The translations under genes were made by a program, and so were the position numbers. Shown one piece after another: positions 19,475-29,002 of a stretch of 64,000 bases of DNA. Source of the stretch: Candidatus Hydrogenedentota bacterium. Its GTDB lineage: Bacteria; Hydrogenedentota; Hydrogenedentia; Hydrogenedentales; SLHB01. The notes beneath the pieces were generated by a model, which worked only from the letters and a program-made list of their open reading frames with translations, was not told the DNA's origin and ran no database searches. Position 1 is the stretch's first letter; every line of letters begins with the position of its first letter. The DNA is taken from the NCBI GenBank assembly GCA_963668025.2, contig CAXXTH010000008.1:76229-140228 (forward strand), written 5' to 3'.

Positions 19475-21601
19475 TCATGCCAGAAGGGGGCTAAGTTTAT
19501 CGACATCAATAATAAGCGCCACCGAGCCATCTCCCAATAGCGCGCCGCCCGTGATCGATTCCGCTCCGGAAGACATGCCCTCCAGGGTGCGTACGACGAT
19601 TTGTTGCACTCCGCGTACGCCATCAACGACAAGCGCGAACTGGCGGCGCTGCGCCTCAGCCGTAACCATAAGCTCATAGGCTGATTCCATATCCCGGTGG
19701 GGAAGGCCGAGTTCTTCCCGCATATCGAGTACAGGCAAAATCATGCCATGGCGTTGAATGCACCGGCCCCGGCCCGTTATGACCGTGATGTCATTATGCT
19801 CAATCTTGACCGTTTCCCGGATCCGATTCATGGCTAACACATAACATTGATTATCTACAATAACAACAAATCCATCCATTATCTGCGTCGTAACGCTCTT
19901 AGGCAGTTGGACCTGGAATACCGAGCCTTCCCCTGCTTTCGTGGAGACGCTAATCTGCCCGCCCGCTTGATCCACCATCCGCATCACCACGTCCATGCCA
20001 ACGCCCCGCCCAGATACATCCGTGACCTTTTGAGCCGTCGAGACGCCCGAAGAGAACAGCAAATTGACAATATCATTTTCAGATAATGGCTGGTCCGCCC
20101 GGACAAGGCCCATGCTTTCAGCCTTCTTCTTTAGCGCTTCCAAATTGATGCCCGCGCCATCATCCCGCACGATTAACGTGATATTCGTGCTGGACTCCTC
20201 CGCGATGATTTGGATGTGGCCTTCACGGGGCTTGCCATGCTGCTGCCGGGCTTCTGGCATCTCGATGCCATGATCCGCGGCATTGCGCACCATATGGGTG
20301 AGCGGGGCGTCTAGGATGTCGATGAGGCTCTTGTCCACTTCGATATGCCCGCCTTCCACGGTCGCCGCGATCTCTTTTCCGGCCACGGTGGCCACATCCC
20401 GAATAATGCGCGGCGCACGTGAAAGCAGCGTGCCTACGGCTACTTTGCGTATGGACATGATGCTTCGCTGCAAATCATGGGACAATACCGTGAAAGTCTC
20501 GTTGATACGCCGGAAATCGTTCACTAAATAGGAATCATGCAATTTGTTCGCCAGTTGCCGTTCCAAATGGCTAAACATGTCGCCTACTACGACCAATTCA
20601 CCGACAAAGGAAAGGAATTTGTCGATATGCGCTTCAGACACGCGCATCGTTTTCGCTGTGGTTTCGACAGGATGCTGCGCGGCGGCCTCTGGTTTGGGCT
20701 TTGAAGGCTCCTCTGCTTGCGCCGGAGCGGGCTCTAGTTCCTTTTTCACCACCGGCCAAGGCTGTATGGCGATGAGTTCCCTGGCCTTTTCCAGAAGCAG
20801 TTCTCGCAGAAGCGAATCGAATCCTACGCTATCCACAAATACCTGGTACGAGTCCAGCATATCCGCTAAAATAGCTTGCGCCAGTTCATTTCCCGCAACC
20901 AATCCCGGCAATTGCCGGAGTGCTGCGCCCACAGCCTCACTTTCCTCCACAGGCAGGCTATCGCCAAACGGCTCGCCGATTTTCTTCATGATGAGCGCCA
21001 TAGGCTCCGGCAAGCCTTCCGCCGCTATATTGGCATTTCCCGTTTCCAATTGGACACCGGGATGCAATTTGCGCAGGCACATCATTGCGGCGTCCAACTC
21101 CGTGATAAGCTGGGCCGCATCTGGCGCAAGCGCTTTACGAAGCGCCTCGAGCCGCGAAAAGGCGTCACACCAGAGATCATCCGCTTCGACCACTTTTGTC
21201 GTGGCCGCGTTTCGAACTTCCTCGACCAAGGCCTCGTAGGCCGCCTGGTCCACTACTTCCGGCCCGCTTAGCCTCGCCCGATCCAGCATAGCCTTCAGTT
21301 CATCCACGGATTTGAGCAACACACTGATCAGCGTCTCGGAGACGGCCAGCGTTTTTTTACGGAGCATATCCAGCAAGCTTTCGGATTCATGGGCGAGAGT
21401 CTTCACTTTCGTGAAACCGAAAAACGCGGAATTTCCCTTGATGGAATGTACGGGCCGGAATATAGCTTGGATAATATCGAGGTTATCGGGCGCTTGCTCG
21501 AGCTGGACGAAGAGGCTGTCCACGGAAGCCAGCATATCTAGGGATTCATCAATAAACTCGGTAAGCAGTGCCGGATCAATAGTCAGGGATGGCTCGCTCA
21601 T
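19475..21601 (-). CDS. cheA: CheA-type histidine kinase (Hpt, dimerisation, HATPase and CheW-like domains)
   Basis: Contains FRPVHSIKGNSAFFGF (Hpt), HMVRNAADHGIE, DDGAGI, GRGVGMDVV, and a C-terminal CheW-like domain. ATG 21601 overlaps the upstream cheY stop as ATGA. Confidence 0.9.
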   Translation of the reverse strand: MSEPSLTIDPALLTEFIDESLDMLASVDSLFVQLEQAPDNLDIIQAIFRPVHSIKGNSAFFGFTKVKTLAHESESLLDMLRKKTLAVSETLISVLLKSVDELKAMLDRARLSGPEVVDQAAYEALVEEVRNAATTKVVEADDLWCDAFSRLEALRKALAPDAAQLITELDAAMMCLRKLHPGVQLETGNANIAAEGLPEPMALIMKKIGEPFGDSLPVEESEAVGAALRQLPGLVAGNELAQAILADMLDSYQVFVDSVGFDSLLRELLLEKARELIAIQPWPVVKKELEPAPAQAEEPSKPKPEAAAQHPVETTAKTMRVSEAHIDKFLSFVGELVVVGDMFSHLERQLANKLHDSYLVNDFRRINETFTVLSHDLQRSIMSIRKVAVGTLLSRAPRIIRDVATVAGKEIAATVEGGHIEVDKSLIDILDAPLTHMVRNAADHGIEMPEARQQHGKPREGHIQIIAEESSTNITLIVRDDGAGINLEALKKKAESMGLVRADQPLSENDIVNLLFSSGVSTAQKVTDVSGRGVGMDVVMRMVDQAGGQISVSTKAGEGSVFQVQLPKSVTTQIMDGFVVIVDNQCYVLAMNRIRETVKIEHNDITVITGRGRCIQRHGMILPVLDMREELGLPHRDMESAYELMVTAEAQRRQFALVVDGVRGVQQIVVRTLEGMSSGAESITGGALLGDGSVALIIDVDKLSPLLA

Positions 21602-22032
21602 CCGATGCTCTCCCGCTGGTGTGATTTCATGACGGTCAGATCGTGGAGAATGCGTATCCAATTCCGCAATTCGGCCACAGCCCGTTCAACGGCGTCTTCG
21701 AGTTCCTTCATATCCTCGATGGGCTTAAATACGCACGTGTCGGCCCCTAGCCGCATGCACGCCAAAGCGTTGTCCAACGTCACCATTCCCGTCATCATGA
21801 TGGTATGCACCATAGGATATTGCGCCCGCACCTGGCGCAGAAAATCAATCCCATTCATGACAGGCATCATGATATCGGAAATGACAATGTCTGTTTTGCG
21901 TTCCTGCATCCGTTCGAGCCCTTCCGCGCCGTTTGCCGCCATGTGGGTCTCATAACCAATCATGCGGAAATGGCGCGCTAGCATCTCACGGAGTTCAACC
22001 TCATCATCAACAATGAGAATGGTGGCATTCAT
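21598..22032 (-). CDS. CheY-like single-domain response regulator
   Basis: AGGAGG lies 6 nt upstream of ATG 22032. Receiver motifs are ILIVDDE, VISDIMMPVMNG, MMTG and VFKP. Confidence 0.85.
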   Translation of the reverse strand: MNATILIVDDEVELREMLARHFRMIGYETHMAANGAEGLERMQERKTDIVISDIMMPVMNGIDFLRQVRAQYPMVHTIMMTGMVTLDNALACMRLGADTCVFKPIEDMKELEDAVERAVAELRNWIRILHDLTVMKSHQRESIG

Positions 22033-22130
22033 TAAAAGCCTCCTATTCATGAAGACCGGGTTAACGGCAAAACCTCTTGGCTTCTATTTCCCAATCCCAC
22101 AGTTCCCGCGCGGGACGCCTTAATGTATGT

Positions 22131-22595
22131 TTAGCCTAACAGACTAGGTATTATAAACCATTGAATGCCCCATTGGCCCGCTTCATTGCGATGCAACGCA
22201 ATAGCGCCACCCTTTTGAAATAATACCAGTTCACGGCCTTCATCGCCAACCAAGAGCAGCGAAGCCAGCCGGGAAAGATGGGGGAGATGCCCCACGATCA
22301 CCAAATCCGCCTCGCGGGCGCGCAATTCATGCGCCATATGGTCGGCTGGATCCTTGGGCTCGAGGCCAGGCCGCAAACAACACTGCCCTCGGGGCGCCAT
22401 AGCGGGGAGCAACAGCTCAGCCGTTTGCAGACTGCGGGCTTTGCTGCTATGCCATATCTCTGGCACGCTTAACGCAAAACGAGAAAGAATGTTCGCCATG
22501 GCCGCCACATCGCGCATGCCGCACGGCGTGAGAGGGCGTTCAGAATTTTCACTCTTCTCATACGCCTCTCCATGCTGGACCAGATAGAGGTTCAT
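22131..22595 (-). CDS. sixA: phosphohistidine phosphatase SixA
   Basis: LYLVQHGEA..RPLTPCG..SSKARSLQTAE..IVGHLPHLS. This is the histidine-phosphatase RHG-type pattern at SixA size (154 aa). Confidence 0.75.
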   Translation of the reverse strand: MNLYLVQHGEAYEKSENSERPLTPCGMRDVAAMANILSRFALSVPEIWHSSKARSLQTAELLLPAMAPRGQCCLRPGLEPKDPADHMAHELRAREADLVIVGHLPHLSRLASLLLVGDEGRELVLFQKGGAIALHRNEAGQWGIQWFIIPSLLG

Positions 22596-22612
22596 GAAGA
22601 CATCCTCCCAGG

Positions 22613-22972
22613 TTATGCAACGGTTTCACCGAGAATCCCGAACTGGACCAGCGCTTCCGCAAGCCTATCCGCGTGAATGCCATAATGAGACGTGTTCCAT
22701 ATCGCGACGCCGTCTCGAACCAATACGATTTGAGGAGATTGATGGGGCACTCCCAAACACATGGCGATCTCAGTGGATACCTGGCGCTCTTCAATAACTC
22801 TTACCATGTATACCTCTGGATGCCCGCTGGCGCCAGCGTCAAACTGAGAAACCCGCTGGAAAGCGTCAGCCGATATAGGGCACTTCGTGCTGTGTTTGAA
22901 TATAAGCACCGCCGATTCAAACGACTGCTCGATGCATGCCCGCAATTCCTCAACGCTTGATAATGTCTTCAT
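22613..22972 (-). CDS. YtxJ-type thioredoxin-like (monothiol, bacillithiol-system-like) protein
   Basis: GGGAGG RBS precedes ATG 22972. Contains LIFKHSTKCPIS and VPHQSPQIVLVRDG..WNTSHYGI motifs. Confidence 0.75.
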   Translation of the reverse strand: MKTLSSVEELRACIEQSFESAVLIFKHSTKCPISADAFQRVSQFDAGASGHPEVYMVRVIEERQVSTEIAMCLGVPHQSPQIVLVRDGVAIWNTSHYGIHADRLAEALVQFGILGETVA

Positions 22973-23261
22973 GGAGACGCCTCCCGTAATGCTGAAAAAA
23001 GTCTCCAGCAACTATTTGCCTGCGGTTATGATAGAGACGCTTCATTGGCGGGTCAAGCATCTATTTAAAATGATGAAAAATCGAGCTTTGCCCAATAAGT
23101 CCATTATTATCTGGCGCCATTCAAATGGTAGAGAATATGATCTTCAAGTTGCGTGTTTTCACGTATTGACAGGCCTAAAAACAGGCTCTAGACTAAGCAT
23201 TGCCCGGCCGTAGGCAGCCAGCGGCGGCATATAGCGGTTATAGAAGGAGGGACAGCTTTCC

Positions 23262-23813
23262 ATGAAACGTGTTCTAGTGCCTTTGGCGGAAGGATGTGAA
23301 GAACTCGAAGCGGTCACGATCATCGACCTGTTGCGGCGTGCGGAATTTGAAGTGGTGTCGGCCAGTTTGGATGGGCGCGCCGTGAAAGCATCGCGTGGGG
23401 TGGTGCTGGTTCCAGATAAATCCCTCGATGAAGCGCTCCAGATGGACTATGATATGGTGGCGCTGCCGGGCGGCATGCCCGGAGCTGTAAATCTGGATAA
23501 TGATGCGCGCATTCATGCGGTGCTGAAAAAGACGGCCGGGAGCGGCAAATTCGTAGCGGCCATCTGCGCGGCGCCCACGGTGCTCGCCCATGCGGGCCTC
23601 CTGAATGGCAAAAAAGCCACCAGTTACCCAGGATTTCTCGACAAAATGAATTTGCCCGAAGTAACGTTCACAGGCTCGCCCGTCGAACGTGATGGGCAGG
23701 TTATAACATCCCGGGGGCCCGGTACGGCCATGGATTTTGCCCTCGAATTGATTGAGGCGTTGGAAGGCCTAGAACGGCGCAAAAAAGTAGAGAATGCGCT
23801 ATTCCGTCCATAA
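23262..23813 (+). CDS. DJ-1/PfpI (YajL/ThiJ-like) family protein
   Basis: GAAGGAGG RBS. Contains MVALPGGMPGA, the AAICAAP nucleophile-elbow cysteine, and ITSRGPGTAMDFAL. Confidence 0.85.
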   Translation: MKRVLVPLAEGCEELEAVTIIDLLRRAEFEVVSASLDGRAVKASRGVVLVPDKSLDEALQMDYDMVALPGGMPGAVNLDNDARIHAVLKKTAGSGKFVAAICAAPTVLAHAGLLNGKKATSYPGFLDKMNLPEVTFTGSPVERDGQVITSRGPGTAMDFALELIEALEGLERRKKVENALFRP

Positions 23814-23834
23814 TGGACATGCGGCTCTAACCAA

Positions 23835-24734
23835 ATGTGCTCTGCACAAAAAAACAGGGGAAATGCAGTGTTCTTCTCAGGCATTGCGGATGAAGCCGGG
23901 CACGCTATCGAGCGGCAAATACAAGCGCATAAAGAGCTAGGCTGGAAGCACATCGAGCTTAGGCTCGTGGATGGCGAAAACCTCACCGCTATTCCGCAAG
24001 CCCGGTTTGAATACGTGTGCGAAAAATTAGCGGAAGCCCGCATCGAGGTGTCTTGCTTCAGTTCGGCCATCGCCAATTGGGCGCGGCCCATCACAGGAGA
24101 TGCCAATATCGACATCCAAGACCTCAAACAGGCTATCCCGCGTATGAAACGCCTGGGAACGCCCTATATCCGGGTGATGAGCTATCCAAACGATCCTCAA
24201 TCTCCATTGACGGAAAAAGAATGGCGCGCCGAGGCTATCCGGCGCATGAAAACACTGGCTCGAATCGCGGAAGATGGGGGGGTGGTCCTGGCTCATGAGA
24301 ATTGCAGCGGCTGGGGCGGTTTGTCTGGCGGGAATGCCAATATCTTGCTGGGGGAAGTGAATAGCTCCGCCCTGAAAGTGCTCTACGATACGGGAAATCC
24401 CGTCAGTTATGGGCAGGACTCCTGGGCGCATTACCAGGCGGTCCTCAAAGATATCGTGTATGTTCACATCAAAGACGCGAAGAAAGAAAACAACACGAGC
24501 GTCTATACCTATTGTGGAGAAGGCGAAGGCCGTGTGCGCGATATTGTGCGCGATCTCTTGTCGCATGGGTACGATGGCGGATTTTCCATCGAGCCCCACG
24601 TAGCGGCGGTCATCCATACAAAACAGGATGATGACAACGACGCCCATCTATACAACACTTATATCGAGTATGGCCGCCGCTTCATAACCATGATGAAAGA
24701 AATCCAAAGCGAAACCGGTCTTCCGCCCGCCTGA
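23835..24734 (+). CDS. sugar phosphate isomerase/epimerase (xylose-isomerase-like TIM barrel)
   Basis: Contains FSGIADEAG..IELR, AHENCSGWG, YDTGN, HIKD and SIEPH. The start could be ATG 23835 or an internal GTG ~23868. Confidence 0.7.
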   Translation: MCSAQKNRGNAVFFSGIADEAGHAIERQIQAHKELGWKHIELRLVDGENLTAIPQARFEYVCEKLAEARIEVSCFSSAIANWARPITGDANIDIQDLKQAIPRMKRLGTPYIRVMSYPNDPQSPLTEKEWRAEAIRRMKTLARIAEDGGVVLAHENCSGWGGLSGGNANILLGEVNSSALKVLYDTGNPVSYGQDSWAHYQAVLKDIVYVHIKDAKKENNTSVYTYCGEGEGRVRDIVRDLLSHGYDGGFSIEPHVAAVIHTKQDDDNDAHLYNTYIEYGRRFITMMKEIQSETGLPPA

Positions 24735-25119
24735 ATAGGTTGCCTGAAAAGAAAAGGCCTTTTTGCTACAATCGGAAGGCGCTTTTCTCCCTGAAAGCCG
24801 GTAAGTTATTAGTTTGAAACAGGTTGGGCGATGCAGCGCCGCATAGAAGTGTAGCGCCTGATTCTCAAATCTACTCTTCTCATGATGCAGCAGGAGATGG
24901 CAACCCATTTTTTCAGTGTTTCATAATCCGTGCAGCAAAACATCGCCCTTGATTCCCTAGGTGCGATATGTGCAAAATACGGCAGATGTGAACTCTTGTA
25001 GAAGGTGTGTTTTATATTTCGCTCCGAGGCCGTGCTTTGCAAATTGGGGATAGTGAAGCAATGCCTTCGGCAAGCGGTTAAAGATAACATGCGAGGGGAA
25101 CCTCGTTGAGGGTGGCCTT

Positions 25120-25896
25120 TTGAGATATGCTTTTATTTCCGACCTTCACGCTAATCTGGAGGCCCTGGAGGCCGTTCTGAGCGCGATTGACGAATCAAGC
25201 ATCGATCAGGCTGTATGTCTGGGCGATGTGGTCGGATACAATGCCAATCCCAATGAATGCATTGCATTCATACGCGAGCGCAATATCCCTACCATCTGCG
25301 GCAATCACGACGCCGTGGCCTGTGGACTTGAAGAGCCATGGGGCTTTAACCCGATTGCCTTGGCCGCGGCGCTATGGACACGGGACCACCTAGAACCCGA
25401 TAATATACAGTGGCTCAAAAAACTGCCGGTTAATCTTTCTTTCGAGCATTTTCTTGCGGCCCATGGCTCTCCCACGGATCGCGATTGTTATATATTCAAT
25501 TGGGAAGACGTGCTTCCGCATTTTCCTTATGTGGCGGAACAGAATCGCACCTTATGCTTCTTTGGCCATACCCACTGCCCCGGGATTTTCTCTTCCGATG
25601 GCATGTACGCGGTGGATGCGCATTCACGGTTTCTGTTTTGTCCAGAAACAGCAAGCCGCGAGGAAAAACAGGCCGTCTTCCATCTGGAAACAGGCCGGAA
25701 AATCTTCTTCATTAATTCAGGTTCAGTAGGCCAGCCAAGAGATGGGGATCCGCGCGCGGCGTTTGGCATTCTAGATACTGAGGCTTGTTCATATGAACTG
25801 GTGCGCGTGTCTTATCCCATACAACAAGCGGCGGAACGGATTATTGCGGCGGGTTTGCCGAGTTTCCTCGCCGAACGGCTTTTCCTCGGCAGATGA
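25120..25896 (+). CDS. metallophosphoesterase family protein (YfcE/MJ0936-like)
   Basis: Contains FISDLHAN, CLGDVVGY, CGNHD, GHTH and NSGSVGQPRDGD. The apparent start codon is TTG. Confidence 0.75.
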   Translation: MRYAFISDLHANLEALEAVLSAIDESSIDQAVCLGDVVGYNANPNECIAFIRERNIPTICGNHDAVACGLEEPWGFNPIALAAALWTRDHLEPDNIQWLKKLPVNLSFEHFLAAHGSPTDRDCYIFNWEDVLPHFPYVAEQNRTLCFFGHTHCPGIFSSDGMYAVDAHSRFLFCPETASREEKQAVFHLETGRKIFFINSGSVGQPRDGDPRAAFGILDTEACSYELVRVSYPIQQAAERIIAAGLPSFLAERLFLGR

Positions 25897-26029
25897 TATA
25901 GGAAGCTCATCCCGCACGGCCAGCAGCATGCAATTATCCAATGCCTCCGTTTTGATGTTCATAGCCAGTATTTTGTTTGTGTAGTAATAGAGAGTAGTAA
26001 TTGTAGTCTGTTTATGTGGAGGGCGCGCC

Positions 26030-26620
26030 ATGCGCACCAGTCAAATACGGCGTGACACCGCCGAAACCCAGATCATGGTTTCGATAAACCTAGATGGAGC
26101 CGGAAAAGCCGATGTGGATACGGGCATTGGCTTCTTCGATCATATGCTCAGCCAAATCGCCCGGCATGGCCTTTTCGATATCACCGTAAAAGCCGCCGGT
26201 GATCTCCATATCGATGCGCACCATACCGTGGAAGATGTCGGAATTGTGCTGGGGAAAGCATTTCTAGAGGCCTTGGGCGGCTGCCAGGGCATTACGCGTT
26301 ACGGCCATGCTGTAATTCCCATGGACGAAGTGCTCGCTGAAGTGGCGGTGGATTTTAGCGGACGTCCCTGCCTCGTGTTCCAGGCCGAATTAGGGCATGG
26401 CGTTTTAAATGGCTTTGATGCGGAGCTGGCCGAAGAATTCTTTCGAGCTTTCGCGGTGAACGCCCGCGGCACGGTGCATGTTATCTTGCGATATGGCGGC
26501 AATCTACACCATTGCATCGAAGGGCTCTTCAAAGCCTTCGCGCGGGCCTTGGATGCGGCTTCACGTATTGACCCGCGCATTTCCGGAGTGCTATCAACAA
26601 AAGGCATGCTCGAAATTTGA
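26030..26620 (+). CDS. hisB: imidazoleglycerol-phosphate dehydratase
   Basis: Contains RDTAETQI, TGIGFFDHML, DAHHTVEDVGIVLG, ITRYGHAVIPMDE and HHCIEGLFKAFARAL. Confidence 0.92.
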   Translation: MRTSQIRRDTAETQIMVSINLDGAGKADVDTGIGFFDHMLSQIARHGLFDITVKAAGDLHIDAHHTVEDVGIVLGKAFLEALGGCQGITRYGHAVIPMDEVLAEVAVDFSGRPCLVFQAELGHGVLNGFDAELAEEFFRAFAVNARGTVHVILRYGGNLHHCIEGLFKAFARALDAASRIDPRISGVLSTKGMLEI

Positions 26621-26648
26621 CAACCAACAACAGGACCAAATCCCAACA

Positions 26649-27521
26649 ATGACTGATATAGCATTAGTGGAAGATGTTGTAGAACGAATTGGTGAACTCC
26701 CCGTGATGTCCGCGGTAGTGGGCGAGTTTGTCATGCGAGCCGATGATCCATCCACTACTATGGATGAGCTTGTGCATGTGATCGAGCGGGATCCGGTCCT
26801 TGCCGCCAAAGTGCTGCGTGTGAGCAATTCCCCCTATTACGGGATGCGCCAGCATGTCGGAACGCTCAAACTGGCTCTAGTCATTCTGGGCAGCCGCGAA
26901 GTCCGGAATCTGGTCTTGGGCCTTTCCGTCACGGACATGGCCGGCATGGAGCATATAGACCCCATATTTGCAAAAGGCTACCGTTTGCATTCCTATCTAG
27001 TGGCCGCTCTTACGCGCAGGCTGGCCAATGAAGTAGCGGGAGTGGATGCTGGCGAAGCATTCGTCGGCGGCCTGCTGCATGACATCGGCAAAATCGTGCT
27101 CGCCCGGCGTTTTGGCGCGGAGTACGCCAAAATACATAACGATAACAAAGCCTTCTCGGAGCAGCTTTGCGCCGCGGAACGCAGCCAGTATGGCTTTTCC
27201 CATGCCGAAGTCTCAGCGGCGCTCTCGATTACATGGAGCTTTCCAGAATCCTTGTCAGACGCCTTATGGCTGCACCACTATGATCCAAAATTCAGCATGG
27301 AACAGGCAAAAAATCGCAAGCTGGCTGCGGTGGTCCGCGTCGCTAACTATTGCGCCCGCAATTCGGAGCCAAATGCCGCGAAGGATATTTGGGAAGAACC
27401 AGATATGGCAGCCGTTTGGCGTTGCCTAGGAATCCTTGAACCGGATGCCTGTCGAGCGCTTCTCCAAAGCATCCACGAAGAGATGATTGCTGAAGCAGAA
27501 ACCCTTGCAGCTATCTTCTAG
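26649..27521 (+). CDS. HDOD domain protein (second paralog in the window)
   Basis: ATG 26649 lies after the hisB stop. Contains LPVMSAVVGEF..DPSTTMDELVHVIERDPVLAAKVLRVSNSPYYG, LLHDIGK and HHYDP. Confidence 0.8.
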   Translation: MTDIALVEDVVERIGELPVMSAVVGEFVMRADDPSTTMDELVHVIERDPVLAAKVLRVSNSPYYGMRQHVGTLKLALVILGSREVRNLVLGLSVTDMAGMEHIDPIFAKGYRLHSYLVAALTRRLANEVAGVDAGEAFVGGLLHDIGKIVLARRFGAEYAKIHNDNKAFSEQLCAAERSQYGFSHAEVSAALSITWSFPESLSDALWLHHYDPKFSMEQAKNRKLAAVVRVANYCARNSEPNAAKDIWEEPDMAAVWRCLGILEPDACRALLQSIHEEMIAEAETLAAIF

Positions 27522-27562
27522 CATTGCAATAACCAAAACAACAATCAAGGTACGCGAATAGC

Positions 27563-27781
27563 ATGGCGAAGAAAGAAAAAATAGAAATCCGCAGGGACGA
27601 AAATCTGTCAGAAATCGACGCGGAGCTAGATGATGCATTAGTCAAGCTCGAAGCCGCCAATTTCCGGATTGGCGAATTGCTGGGTTCGATTGAACCAAAA
27701 TCAGAGAATGCCTCGCCCCCCAGCTCCACGGAGCAGCCGGAAACCAGCGAGACCCCTTCCAGTTCCGAAGAGGCGGGTTAA
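27563..27781 (+). CDS. small acidic/coiled-coil hypothetical protein
   Basis: 72-aa ORF with coding-like composition immediately upstream of the GT4 pair. No family recognised. Confidence 0.4.
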   Translation: MAKKEKIEIRRDENLSEIDAELDDALVKLEAANFRIGELLGSIEPKSENASPPSSTEQPETSETPSSSEEAG

Positions 27782-27844
27782 AAGCGTGTTAAAACTAAAA
27801 TGGAGCGGCCGCCATGGGCGAGGGGAAATGGGGCTTCTTGTCTA

Positions 27845-29002
27845 ATGAAGATTGTGCTTAGCGATCCGCATTCCTGTGGCGGCGGCCAGGTGCGGTATGT
27901 CGCGAATCTGGCGAGTGAGCTGGTGCGCCGGGGGCATGGCGCCGCCATCGCCTGCCGCCCTGACAGCGTCCTCATTCAAACTGCCAGCCAGGCAGGCGCA
28001 GCCTTATGCGGCCCCATGCATTTCCCTCGCGGATTGCGGTTGGCGCGTTGGTGCGCGGACTTGCGGAGCGCCTTGCGGTACATTCAACAAGAGAAACCTT
28101 CCATTATTCATGTGAGCGGTTCGCAAGATCATTGGCTTTTTTCCCTCGCCAATATGTTGGCGGGCTTTCCCGCATGCGTCATACGCACCCGCCACAACAC
28201 CTATCCCGTCCGGAATACCTTCATGAACCGCTTGCTTAACCAGCGCTGGACGGATTTTCAAATCGTCGTATGTGAAGAAGTCCGCGCGGAGCTTGCACGC
28301 CAGCCAGCTTTTGATCCTCAGCGCATGTCCGTTATTCATAACGGAGTGGATGCCGAGGCTTTCAAGCCCGATCCCGATATGCGAAAGGAAGCGCGCGCTG
28401 AATTTGGTTACGCCCCCGGTGACTTCGTGTGCGGCATAGCCGCGCGGTTGGTAAAGGCAAAAGGGCACGCCTACTTGTTTCGCGCCGTTCAACAACTGCT
28501 CCATACAATGCCCCAGTTGCGCATACTCGCATTAGGAACCGGCGTACTAGAGCATCAATTGCGTTCCTTGGTGGATGAACTTGGCATCACGGCCTGCGTG
28601 CATTTTGCCGGATTCCGTGATGACATGGCCCGATGCGTTCACGCCTTTGACATTGGCGTACAACCCTCGATAGACTGCGATACTTCCTCATTTAGCCTCA
28701 AGGAGCAAATGGCGGCAGGCATTCCCGTGGTGGCTTCAAACTACGGAGGCCTTCCAGAGATCATTCAAGACGGTGTGGAAGGCTATATCATTCCCGCTGG
28801 TTCCGTCGAGCCTCTAGCGGACGCCATCGCACGGCTCGCGTCCGCTCCCGGTTCGATGGCGCGCATGGGGGAGGCGGGAAGGCTCCGGGTATTGCGTGAA
28901 TTCACCATCGATAGTTTCGCGTCGAAGACCATCGCGGCATATGAACGCGCCCTGGCCATTCACCAGGAGCGGCGGCCTTCGGGCTCCAGGAAAGTACAGT
29001 GA
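27845..29002 (+). CDS. GT4-family glycosyltransferase
   Basis: Starts MKIVLSDPHSCGGGQVRYV. C-terminal GT-B block is SLKEQMAAGIPVVASNYGGLPEIIQDGVEGYI. The start could be 27800 or 27845. Confidence 0.8.
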   Translation: MKIVLSDPHSCGGGQVRYVANLASELVRRGHGAAIACRPDSVLIQTASQAGAALCGPMHFPRGLRLARWCADLRSALRYIQQEKPSIIHVSGSQDHWLFSLANMLAGFPACVIRTRHNTYPVRNTFMNRLLNQRWTDFQIVVCEEVRAELARQPAFDPQRMSVIHNGVDAEAFKPDPDMRKEARAEFGYAPGDFVCGIAARLVKAKGHAYLFRAVQQLLHTMPQLRILALGTGVLEHQLRSLVDELGITACVHFAGFRDDMARCVHAFDIGVQPSIDCDTSSFSLKEQMAAGIPVVASNYGGLPEIIQDGVEGYIIPAGSVEPLADAIARLASAPGSMARMGEAGRLRVLREFTIDSFASKTIAAYERALAIHQERRPSGSRKVQ

